From positions 2,976,001-3,040,000 of the forward strand of contig NC_027218.1 of the NCBI RefSeq assembly GCF_000981445.1: a stretch of 64,000 nucleotides of DNA, read 5' to 3'. Numbering within the stretch: the first letter of the stretch is position 1; each line of letters begins with the position of its first letter. The position numbers and the translations under genes were made by a program. Of the stretch, positions 22,560 through 34,100 are shown piece by piece. The notes beneath the pieces were generated by a model. It had not been told where the DNA came from. It saw only the letters and a list, made by a program, of their open reading frames with translations, and searched no databases. This DNA comes from Babesia bigemina. Taxonomy: Eukaryota.

Positions 22560-25475
22560 ATGGAGCGCGCCCTGAGGAACTTCATCATCATTCTAGCCAT
22601 AGATATCACGGTGTTCGTGGCCAGCGTGGTGATTTGGTGCAGCAAACGCACCAAGATAATCGTGCTGATCCAGAACAGCCTGCAGGGACTGCACCTGCTG
22701 AACCGGAAGAAGCAGAAGGAGCACACCCAGTCCGATAACAGGCGCGTCACCGTAGACGATGTGAAGTACCGAGTTACGTACCAGAGCGGTTACGCCAGTA
22801 GCGGTAGGTGGTTTGCCCGGCGCTGCGGTCCGCCGAAGTCGCTCTTTCACTTCAGAGTCTAATTGTTGAGCAGTCACGGAAGCGGACAACGACGGCAGCA
22901 GCTCCGCCGAGAATGGGGACGAGGACTCAAGCAACGAAGCGTCGGCCGCGACGCTGATGTACATCGAACGGAAGAAAAAGAAGCCCTCGGCTGAAGGAGG
23001 GAGGGCCACCAGCAGCAAGAAGCGCAAGGACACTTGGTGGTACTACCTCTACCATGGGAAGCACAACAAGATCCGCAACAATGAGGCGGTGCTGTACCTC
23101 GGCTTCATCCGCAGTACATGCATCATGCTGCTCATCTGTTCGGCGGTGGCCATCGTCTCGAACGTCGTCATCTTCACCCACCTGACCGTGAACAACAAAC
23201 CTCACTTCCTGCTGACGTACTCCATTGAGGACCTGCGCACCTGCAAGGTGACCGTGTGGACGCTGTACGCGACGACGTGGATCTACTCGATAATCGTGTA
23301 CGTGCACATCCTCAAGTTCAAGCAGAAGGTCAACAAGGGCAAGCAGATCACCGTGATGCTGCGTCCGCAGCTGCACACGATAATGATCTTCGGTTTCGAC
23401 AAAACCATCACCGACCCCGGTCGGTTCTACCGCTACTTCGAGAAGTACTTCCCGGAGCACGTGCTATCGGTCCACGTGGTGTTCAACCACAGCAAGCGCA
23501 TGGCGCTGGAGGAGGAGCTCAAGGCCACCAAGGCGCAGCTCTGCCTGTGCAGGGACATGTCGCTGCTGGTCGACAGGTCGCGCGAGGCGTACCAGCACTC
23601 GGCCGTGACCAGCACCAGTGGGAAGGAGGCGGTCGACGGGCGCGCCGACGCCGACGTGGCCCCCAAGAAACCTCGGAGGTCGCGATCGTGCGGGATGCTC
23701 CCCGAGGCCGAGATGAAGTGCTCGCTCGGCCAGACTGCCCCGCTGAGGAACTGCGCGTCGTCGGTGAATCAGGGAGGCACGCCTCGGAACTGTGCGTCGT
23801 CGGCCAACTTGCTTTCGCTCCCCAAACCTGCGAAGCCCGAGCCGAAAAAGCCGTCGCTGGCGATCCCGAAGGGGTTCACGCGCTACGTGACTCGCATGCT
23901 GGGCAAAAACGATTGTGAGCTGCAGGAAGCAGGCGACGCGGAAAACCTGGAATACTTGGGGGAGAGGTTTGCCGGGCTCCTGAAGAAGGTGAAGGAACTG
24001 AAGGCGCGCATCGAGCAGGAGTTGAACCGGGAGCACACCACGTCTGCCCGTATATGCTTCGTTTCGTTCGCGGATTCCAACATCGTGCTGCACATTCTGA
24101 AGGACCGGAACCTGCTGGAGGGCATGCCTACATGGCGCATCGTGCCGGCCCCGCACCCAAGGGACATAATCTGGCAGAATCTGCACCTTCCCAGGTGGTA
24201 CGTGGCCACGCGTATGGTGGTGTGCAACCTCTTGCTGACGATTTTCTACATCGTCATCACCTGGATACTCTCGCACCTCAACCTGCTGCACACCGTCAAG
24301 AGCAAGGACGACCGTAAGCAAACTCCGACTACCACGTGACACTGCGCAGGTAACCCGGAGAGATCGTTCAGCATCAACGACCTCACCGAGCGCTCGTTCT
24401 GGAGCTCCATCATGCCGCCCATTATTATGGCCGGGCTGAACTCGTTCGTGCACCCCACCATGATAAACCTCTTGTCGAGGCAAGTGGGTAGGTGATCGCC
24501 ACAATGAGAAATCATCCCACCGCAGGCTTCTGGACACAAACCGCGCACCAGAAGTACCTCCTGTTCGGCCACGTGTTCTATCTCGTGATCGGTACCATAC
24601 TGATTCCGTTGGTGGCGTCCATGATCGCCTTTTGGGTAAGCGGTGAAACGTGACAATTGACGTCGTCTAGAAAATCTTCGACGGGGCGTTCGACTCGCTG
24701 TCGTTGGAGCTGGGGACCGTCCTCGTCAACACCACGTGGCGGTTCTCCACCATCTACGTTCTCAACGCCACGCTACTCGGATCGAGTAACCAGCTACTCC
24801 AACTGTCACAGCTGAGCCGTAGGTCGAAATACGCTGCCTCCTGACACCATTTCAGTGCGATCTATATGTATATACTTCTTCAAATTCGACATTGGTGTCA
24901 CCAACTTCGACTTGGGGTACTGGTACGCCTTCCACCTGTCGATCTTGACGCTGGTGATGCTCTTCAGGTAGGCCCGCCGCTGGAATCACTCACTCCAATA
25001 CAGCCTGTTCATCCCGTATTTGCTTATCCTCGGGACTCTGTACTTCGCGGTCCGATACTGCGTCGACAGGCACAATATCGCATACGACGTTCTGCAGCTG
25101 CCGCTGGACTCCACCGGCAAGATCGCAGCTTCGGCCGTGAAGTCGATGCTCATATGCATTTCGCTCACGCAGTTCGCGATGTCTGGCGTCTTCCTGAACT
25201 GTCAGGAAGTGCTGCCTTCCACTTGTATAACATTGCTCTACATTGCCTCCGTGGTAGGTGCCGCGCGACTTGCCATTCAGCATCTGCAGGCCACCTGGCT
25301 GCTTCTGTACGAGTCCAACGCGGACGCGGTGGTAGAGGCCACCGAGTCCATGCACAAGATCAAGTTGGCGCCGCTCACCAAGAAGATGATGGACACCATC
25401 AAGCTGTGTTACATGCACCCGTGCGATGCCAAGGACCTCATCGACGGGCGCGTGACCCAGAGAAACTCGCAGTAA
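22560..25475 (+). CDS. OSCA/TMEM63 (CSC1/DUF221) mechanosensitive Ca-permeable channel, multi-exon
   Basis: N-terminal [12 protein letters not shown], cytosolic RRM-like HTIMIFGF...CFVSF, the signature [13 protein letters not shown], multiple C-terminal TMs and [15 protein letters not shown]. Confidence 0.85.
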
Positions 25476-25580
25476 TTGTATATAAATATGTAGCACAGTG
25501 GCGCTGCATGGTCGTAATGCGATGCCCTTGGTAGGTGAGAACGGCCGTCACGTGACTTAAACCGGCTTGGGTGCAAAATA

Positions 25581-25652
25581 TGCGTCAGCCGGGAGTCGAA
25601 CCCGGGTCATCTGCTTGGAAGGCAGATATCATAACCGTTAGACTACTGACGC
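25581..25652 (-). tRNA. trnG-TCC: tRNA-Gly (anticodon TCC)
   Basis: Reverse complement GCGTCAGTAGTCTAACGGTTATGATATCTGCCTTCCAAGCAGATGACCCGGGTTCGACTCCCGGCTGACGCA. Acceptor stem GCGTCAG/CTGACGC, anticodon arm TCTGC-CTTCCAA-GCAGA, T-loop GTTCGA, and a downstream TTTT terminator. Confidence 0.96.
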
Positions 25653-25933
25653 CTCCCAGGAGGGCACGATTTTTGATTGATAACGTGGATTCTGTTTTGG
25701 GAATTTGTCACGAAAACCACCTCGCGGCATCATCCTCTCATCTACCGTGCTGCACGGTACAGCCAAACATGTAGCCGTAATTGTGAACGACACTACTTAG
25801 AGGCACTATTAATGCGATTGCAATTTAAGGTCGCCGGCCGTTGAATGCCGGTGTGGAAGGGCAAGCAGTGGTGATATCTCGCCGCCGTATCATGAGGAAT
25901 CTGGTTCGACGTAGGGAATGACCGCCTTGATCT

Positions 25934-28900
25934 TCACGTAGCCGGGGTAACAAAACGCCGCACGGGCGTCGGACAGTGGCTGGTCGCTCGTAATACGCTG
26001 CGCCGGATCAATCGGGGCACCATCCAACCCACCGCTGGATCCTGGTGACTGTAATTCTCGTCGACGACGACGGTGTTGACCGGGGCTAAACACGCATGAA
26101 CATCGTCGGTAATCTTCATATAAACACCAAAGCGCGAGGAGTGGCTGGCAAGCGAAACGACGCACAATGGGAAACGAAAAACCAACCGCTTAACGACGCT
26201 TGATCGTATCCCAGGCATACAATAGGGTTGTATACGGTGAAGTACCACGCGTGTTTGTTATGGTGATATTGCTGCAGGCGTCCCATCATGTAGTGGCTCG
26301 GAAGCTTAACGTAGTTCAATCGCAGCAGGCGGTGATAGAGCTGCAGCGCATCAGGGCAATCGACGGACAAGGACAACTGGCTCGGACAGCGGCAACATAG
26401 CACATCAAACGAGACTTACTTCTGCTGCTTCGCGCATTATATTGTCCGCGGTGCTCTTGCTGATGTACGAGCCTTCGAGCATATATTTGAGCGTCCCCCT
26501 CAAGGCAGCCAGCAGCTGTGAGTCGTACAGGTGACTCTCGAAGGAGATCGGCCAGTCGGCGTCACACATCGTTATACCATTTCAGAAGAACAACTCATTA
26601 AGACGTGGTAGCCGCTGGCAGCGCGCACATAGGGCAGCCGCGCTGCAGACAGGTGTGTCGACACACATTAGACATTAGCGGGCTTCGCCGCAAACATTCC
26701 GCAACTCCGCTTGGAGCAGCGATATTATGCGTGCTTCTTCACACAGCTTCCGTTGGTGGCAGCGCTCCTGCTCCGCCGCGTTGTTGCGGAGCTGCGCGGC
26801 ACGCTCCTCCAGCGCCTTCGCGATGTTGTCTTTCTTGCTCTGCACGGCGTTGTATGAATGGCTCTCAATCAGTGCACCCACCTGAATCACAGACGCCCTT
26901 TCGCTCTTCAGAGCCGATTTTAGGTCGCAAATCTTGACGCTCTGCTTCTCCTTGTACTCGTCCAGGTGGCGCTGCCGGGGGTCACAACACACGGTGCAAC
27001 CAAGCCTACCTGGCGCAACTCCGACAAGCGTGCGTTACGTTCGTGCTGTTCCCTGGGCGTGATCAGGAACGGGATGGACTGTGACCTACTCCGCATACTT
27101 CTTTTTCAAATCGCCCAGCAGCAGGCGGGATTGAGTGATGCCCTGGTCAGAGTTAAATCAAGCCATGGAACCCCCACCTTGTTCAACTCGTCGACTTCTT
27201 CGCACAACTGGCGAGACCGATTCGTTTCCGACTCCAGCGCCTCTTTCAGCGACGACCTTGAGTCCTCCAACGAACGAAGCGCACATTGCACACGAGTGAT
27301 CTCCTGCTGCCCCAGCATTGTAAAACAGCAACCCCGTGCCATGTTAACCAACCTCCAGCATACTATTCTTGTTTGACCATGTAGAGATCTCGTCCATCAG
27401 ACCGGTGTTCTAGGGGGGTGTGAGGTTTGCTACATGCAACTAGGACCATACCTCAGCGTCCAAAGCTGACAGCTGGCGCTGGAGTTCATCGATCTCCGCT
27501 GCCGTGCTTGCGATATTGCTTAGGAGGCTGGCGCATTGCGTCGTTCGCTCCCGAAGAGCCATGACGTGGTGCGCCCACGTGCTTCGCAGCTTCGACGTAT
27601 CGTTTATACAAGTAGACACGTAGCTGCACTCCGCGTCAGTCGATGACAGCTTCTGCTCAAGCTCGTAAAAATGGTCCGACGCCGTTTGCTGCAGTGCGAT
27701 TCAACATCGGACGGCTGTTTGCTGCGACTCACCAGTGCACGCTGCAGGTCAGCGGCTTCGGCCATCAACGTCTGACGCAACTCAACCAGAAGGGACTCCT
27801 CCCTTTCTAAATCAGCCAGCACAGTAGAATGCTGTTTGAGGGCATCGCGTGCTTCCATCAACTGGCGCGAGAGCTCGGACAACCTGGTACGGCACAACGA
27901 CTCCGAACACCTCAACTTCTCAAAACTGGGTGCCATTATGCGTTGAACTCGACCGTGCAACCTACTCTTCGCAACGGGCGGCGAAATCGGACTTTTGCTC
28001 TATTATTACTCGTTCCAATTCCTGCTTCTCACACTCCACGCAGCGCAGCTCCTCCAAGGACACTGTTAACTCAGCGGTCGTCTCTTCTACTAACCGACGC
28101 ACGGCACTTATCTCAGCCTGTTTCGACTCCTGTTGCTATTGGGCCATAGTAACTATGTTTACGAACCGTTTGTTCTCCACCTATACGTATTTCGTTGCGG
28201 TGGCTCGAATCTTGCTCTTGCATGCGCCGCTGGTTTACCGTGGACGCCAAAATCACGTTAACCTACCTTAAAATCGCTCAAAGCTCTCAGCATAGTGAAC
28301 AACGCTGCATGAGCTTTGGAGCCTGCCTGCACGGTGATGATCACCAACATTACAAACAACTGACCTCTTCCGCCTCTTGTAACGCCAGCAGCTTTATGTT
28401 GCAACGGCGCTGGGAATCCCTCAGTGCGCCAACAGTGGCGTCATACTTCTCACGTGCCACCTTCAATGCTGCATTGCGTGATAGGCAGAGTCGCAGGTGT
28501 AACTAACATTGCGTTTTCGCCTGTAGGGCCTCCGACTTCTCCGCGACCGCACGCTCCAGCGCCTCATTTTGAATCTCCAAAGCCTCGATAGCATTGCATA
28601 TATCTTCAATTTGCTCCTTGATCTCATTATAGATCAGAAGTTGGTCTACGACATCCTTGCTGCAGAAACGCTGTTTGGCTTGTGCAACCGCACAACCTAC
28701 CGCAGGCACTTGATCTCGTCATGCAGCAGTCCATGGCGCAAATATAACGTATTGCTCTGGCACAACACTGCACAATGGTAAGTCACATCGGCTGGGAAAT
28801 TTGGGATGGAAGCCCGAACGTAGAAGCACGCCCAGCATTCCCGGTGCCGTGCATACCTGTTGAGAGAAGTTGCTTGCTGGTGTCTATCTCGTCGAAGCAG

Positions 28901-28938
28901 CGCTCGAACTCCTCGAATAGATGCTCCAGCATCTCCAT
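25934..28938 (-). CDS. Multi-exon coiled-coil hypothetical protein (possibly two genes; boundaries uncertain)
   Basis: Series of short minus-strand exons with heptad-rich text (IKEQIEDICNAIEALEIQNEALE; LSELSRQLMEARDAL; LEDSRSSLKEALESE) flanked by GT/AG sites. Confidence 0.5.
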
Positions 28939-29641
28939 TGGAAGGCCGGACTATCTAGTTGACGTGGGCTGTATCCACGCTCAGCTTCTCATTGGTCGGA
29001 ATGTGCGGTGTCTGCTAAAAATATGTACCTCTACCGAACCACTTTACAACAAAGGCTCGTCTGCGACAAACAAGCGGCGTAACGATGCAATTGGATGGTG
29101 TGTGCGGCAGCAAAGAAGCGAAACCAATCACGTATATAGCGCATGTTCTAATATTGCATCAACCTTACCACCGGTAACATGTGACTGCGAGGTGGCGTGT
29201 AACCCAGCGTTACAACATTTTAACGCACCAACACATCGGCAGTGTGCGTTAGGCTGCAACACAGCGAGCCATGAGAGAGGAAAGTTCGCCGAAGAAATTT
29301 CTATGTAATGACCATGATGTAGGCAAGAGGAATATCGCTGCACATGACGACCGTTGGTTAAGCAGACCATAACTCCCCTTTAACACAATCAGTGACGCAG
29401 CAGTTGGTCTACAAATTAAATGGAAACCAAAACATATCAGTGACGGTCGGGCCTAAGAGTGCTCAGGGCATGCCATCAATGCACCTTTGCTCAGCGTGAA
29501 ATAAAACGAGAAATTGGCAGCACTCCCCAGCTTCGAGGCCCACAACCCACTAAGTTACGATAACATTACAAGCGCTTGTTGCCAGGGTCCGGCAGCGCGA
29601 ATGCCACCCCGTCAGACACAATCGCGGCGAGCGGGCGCTAT

Positions 29642-30832
29642 TCAGCCCAGGCGGTCACGCCAAAACTCGATCTCCTGCTTCTTGAAGTAGCGCCTGTCGT
29701 CCTCGTCCACTATCAGCAGGTTGATGTAGTGCTTGACGGTGAGTTTGTTCTGGACGTTCTTGTAGGTGGGGCACAGGTCCAGCCCCGTCAAGTATATGCG
29801 GACGGGAATGCACTCGCCCTTCACCGGCGACCCGTCCATCACCTCAAACGTCGTCACAGTCTGCGTCTCGTTCACCACGGAACGGCCTGGAAAACATGCC
29901 CATGTCAGCGCGCGAAACAAACCCAGTGTGATGGTCTCCACACGCTGTATGGCCACCTCCATGTACTTGATGCTCAGCGCCACCAGCAAAAAGTATACCT
30001 AGCCGCATATTAAGGAGCCGCTAGATGCCTTACCTTCCCGAGGATGACGTCGCGCATGTTGTAGGCCGATTTGTTGTACTCGAACTCGATATGCAGCGCG
30101 TCCTCGATGCCGACCTCCATCTTGATCGTGTTGTTGATCTGCGGGGGGATCCCCACGTTCTGCACGGCAAACATGGCATCCTTGCAGATGTTGCTGCGCA
30201 CTTATGAAGACCCGAGGCAGCGTCACATACCCGCCGTAGGGCTTGACTATGGTGATGCGCACGAAGTAGTACATGCGGATGTTCACGCCCCAGTAGGTCT
30301 CGTTCTCAATCCCCACGAGCGGGAACTTCCAGCGGTAGCTCTTGCTCTCTATAACGCTGCCTGCGCGAGGTGAGCCGAAAGCGCGCTAGGCACCCACCGG
30401 AGGCCTCAATGTCACGAGACATCGTGAAGAAATCGTACGTCCCCGTTTTGTTGTACAGAGTGTCTGCGCAGCTATGACGCAACAGCGAACCGCGCCCACA
30501 CTAACCGCTCTGGCCGATAAGCTCGACCTTGATGCCCTGGTGGTCGAACTGCTTGCCGGGCTTGAGGCTGATCACGGCCGTGCCGCTGATCTCCTCGCCA
30601 TCCTGCCATCGCGATCACACACACAGACCCGCCGAACGTACCGAAAAGACGGGGCATTTGTCTGTCTTCTGCTGCGGGTCCACGAACACCAAGGGGCGGC
30701 CGGGGTCCGAGTCTATCTCCACCTCCAGGGAGCACGGCTGTCCGAAGAACATGGAAAACTGCACAGTTATGTTAACACATTGTCCACACACATCGCTGCG
30801 CGGTCGCAGGATCGTATCGAGCCGCTTACCAT
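29642..30832 (-). CDS. VPS26: Vacuolar protein sorting 26 (retromer subunit), multi-exon
   Basis: [58 protein letters not shown] and [13 protein letters not shown]. The first coding exon is the ATG alone (30830-30832). Confidence 0.93.
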
Positions 30833-31153
30833 CTTGAAACGGCCCTGGAGTTGCGGAGACGCACGTGCGATGAAAAGAAAGCCAAGGAGGCCGGAAGTGA
30901 CCTAAGACAGAGACTCCTTGCTCAAATCAACATCAACGCTATGGTGAACTGCGCGGCGGGTTCGTTGTGAGCACCCGCACTGGAGGAAAAAGGAGCCACG
31001 CCCGCCGTGGAATCAAGGGAGCCGCGCAAAACACTCGCAGCGGCCACACATCGAGACGAAGACCGCAGAAGATACACAATAATGCTACATTAACAGAGTG
31101 ATTCGGTCTATATGCCCGCGCGGCTGTGCGAAAGGCACACCGAGGGGCCACAG

Positions 31154-34100
31154 TCACAGCGGCGCGACCAGACACAGGTCGCAACGCAACACAGGAGTCG
31201 TGAGGTAACACTGCTCCGCGAAAGCCGTGGCCGCAGCGGACTGCGATACCTCTCCAAGCGCAGTGAGCACTTTAGCGTACACCTTCATAGCTTGGCACTC
31301 CAGCATGTAGTCGGTAGACACCGACCCGGTGAACCCGCGGCGCAGCTCTGCGGCGAATACACGGGCCGCCTGCTCGTAACGCCGCAGCCCCGCCAGCACC
31401 CGCGCCTCTAACAGGCGCAGCTTGCGGCTGGCGCACTGGGTGATGGCATCCTGGACGTCAGAGAGCAGCTCGTCAAGCTCACCCTCAGCCGCAGTGTAGC
31501 AGCGCATGTACAGGCGCAGGAATACCGTTTCGGCGCGCAGGTCGGCGTACGTGAACGCGCGACCGTTGAAATGGCGTCTCACCGCCCCCCACCGCGACTC
31601 CTCCGCATGAGGGCCGACAGGCAACTTGTCGCAAGATGGCGCGGCATACTCCGCCTCCAGACAACGAGGCGAGCTGACATCCAGGTACAATTCCAGCAGC
31701 GGGAACAGCAACTCCGCCGTGGCAGCGTGGCCGCTCTGCATCAACACCTCCAAACAGGTTATCCAGCCGTACACTTCATCCTCGAAACACGCCGCGTCGG
31801 TCAAGCCGACCTCAAACGACATTTCGCCCCGCGAAAGCACCGCAGCACGCGAAACGTCCACGACATCCAAGGAGTACATCAGGCACATTGCGCGGATAAA
31901 AGGAAGGGAGGAGACGTGCAGCTTGGCGGAAACCGCTCGCGACACCAGCGCCCGCATATGCGAGTGCATCTTACGCGGGTCGGGATGCAGCCATTCGTCG
32001 GGGATCTTGGCGAGTGTCGACTGAGAGGCGCATTCTATGCTGGCGTGCAAAACCAAATAGAGCTGTGTCAAAACAACGCGCGACGAGCTCGCCGCAACAT
32101 TGGAACTTTCCCACGGGAAGCTGTGGATTGGCGTTTCCACCGTCCTCGACAACAGCTGAAGTACCCCGGCGTACGCAAACACGCTCCCGAAACGTGTCGC
32201 TGTGATCAGCACGTCCAAACACTCCGCGGTGTCGCCACCCACCGCCTGGTTCATGTGCCGTGCCAGATCGTCCGTGGTCTCCGCACGGCTCGGGAACACC
32301 GGGTCATACGGAACCACGAATGACGGTATGCTTATCTTGGTTGGCTTGTCGTGGTGCATGCGCTGGGTCAAGCGTTTCTGCTCGACCAAATACTCCGTCC
32401 AGACACCGTCCGAAAGCTTGACGGGGGGGCAGCTACGACTGCGTGAGCTAAGCGCAACCGCCATCGTCAGCCACGCGGCCACACACGCATCGTAACAGTC
32501 GATGCTACGCTGGCAACACCTGTATGCAAACTCGTATTCGTGCGCAAGCACTCCGCAGTGGGCCAGGTAGAGCCACGCCTTGTGGCACAGCGGGTCAATT
32601 GACAGCGCTTTCAGGATGTGCTCTGAGGCGGTCGCCAACCGGCCTGTGGGTGTGTCCGGATCTGCCACAGCGGCGTCACCCGGAGCTTGCGGATAGTACT
32701 CCCTGCAGACGGCCACCGAATTGGGGGCGTCGCACTCAAAGGACCGCAAGTTGTCCAACTCTGGGTGGTCGATGTGCACCCAGCTGCCAGTGGTGTCCCC
32801 TATCGAGGCAGACAAGGGGTCGACCTGAACGATGCCGAGCCTCAGGTACGACACTCCAAGGAGCAGCAGAGACTTGGCCGACAAGCCCATACCGAAATTG
32901 TCAGGGTGTGAACTCACCGCCACTCCGGGACCCTTCCCACTATGTGTCGCACAGTGATCGTTGCCATCAGTTAACCCTATATCGACCGGTTCGCACTCCT
33001 GCGAAAGCATCTCGATGCTTAGCTGGGGCTCCATGATAAGCTCGGTGAATATCTTGCCGGTCAGGCGTGAGAGGAACTCCTTTTCAACCTTCGTCAATCT
33101 GAAAACCTCAATAGGCAGTGTTATGGTCTCAGCACCGAACGGGGTGCTGTAGTTGCCTGGAGGCCCCCGCAGTTGCTTCAAGAGCGCGAGGCACAGGGAC
33201 CAGCGGCCCTGCAGCAACTGCACCAGGGCCAAATCCAACACCAGCCCCTTGTAGTAAGGCTCGTGGAAAAACGTGGCCAGCGAAGTCAGCATACACGATT
33301 CAACCACCTCGTTAAGCAGCGCCAAACCGTCCGACAAATTGGCCATGGCAGTCCCTGCTAGCCTATCGGGGACGTACGCGTCGACGACATACTCCATAAT
33401 ACGGTAACTGCGGCGATCCACACGCCGCGCTCTTTTTTTCCCAGCCAGTTTCTTCGCAAGCCGATTCGCGCCACCTGAGGCGGCAGACGGCATTGCGCGG
33501 TGAGGATCCACCGGCGTCCCAATGGGCAAGGATCTAGGGTGCACCTTGCCAGGGCGGATGCAGCCCGTGAAAACCAAATGCGATATCCACTCTGTCAACG
33601 TAATCATCCGATCTAGTTGCCGGAATGACTGTGAGGTGGAGCACTGCGTGCACTCGTCCATGGACAGGGTCATCGCCGTGTGCTCACATGGCGGCATGCT
33701 CGAACGCGTCGGCTTCGCCGCTCCCATCTCGGCCTCCTCTGTTTCCACGAATGGGTACTTGATGCCCAGTCGATAGTGGCTGCCCCTGAGCGCGCCCGTT
33801 TTGCAAAAGGGCCGGTAGTTGATACACTTTTTGTACAAGTAGTTGGTCGCCTGGGAGACTGCGGAACGGTACTTTTCCACTACATCCATTACCCGGTTCT
33901 TCGCCATCATGGTCTCCTTCAGACAATTGTTGCCGTTGTAATGCATCCTCAGTTCGGCGCTCTCCATGGACAGGTACTCCTTCACGTTTACGGCGTCGCC
34001 GCCCTTCGTTGGCGGCAAAGGAGGTAACCACTCGGCCCCATCGGCGTCGTGAGCATGGTCCTCGTTGCCACCAGTGGCAGTCATGTACGACAGCCACGAC

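Noticed and set aside
25571..25774. 67-aa ORF MQNMRQPGVEPGSSAWKA...
   Set aside because: Antisense translation of the tRNA-Gly gene.
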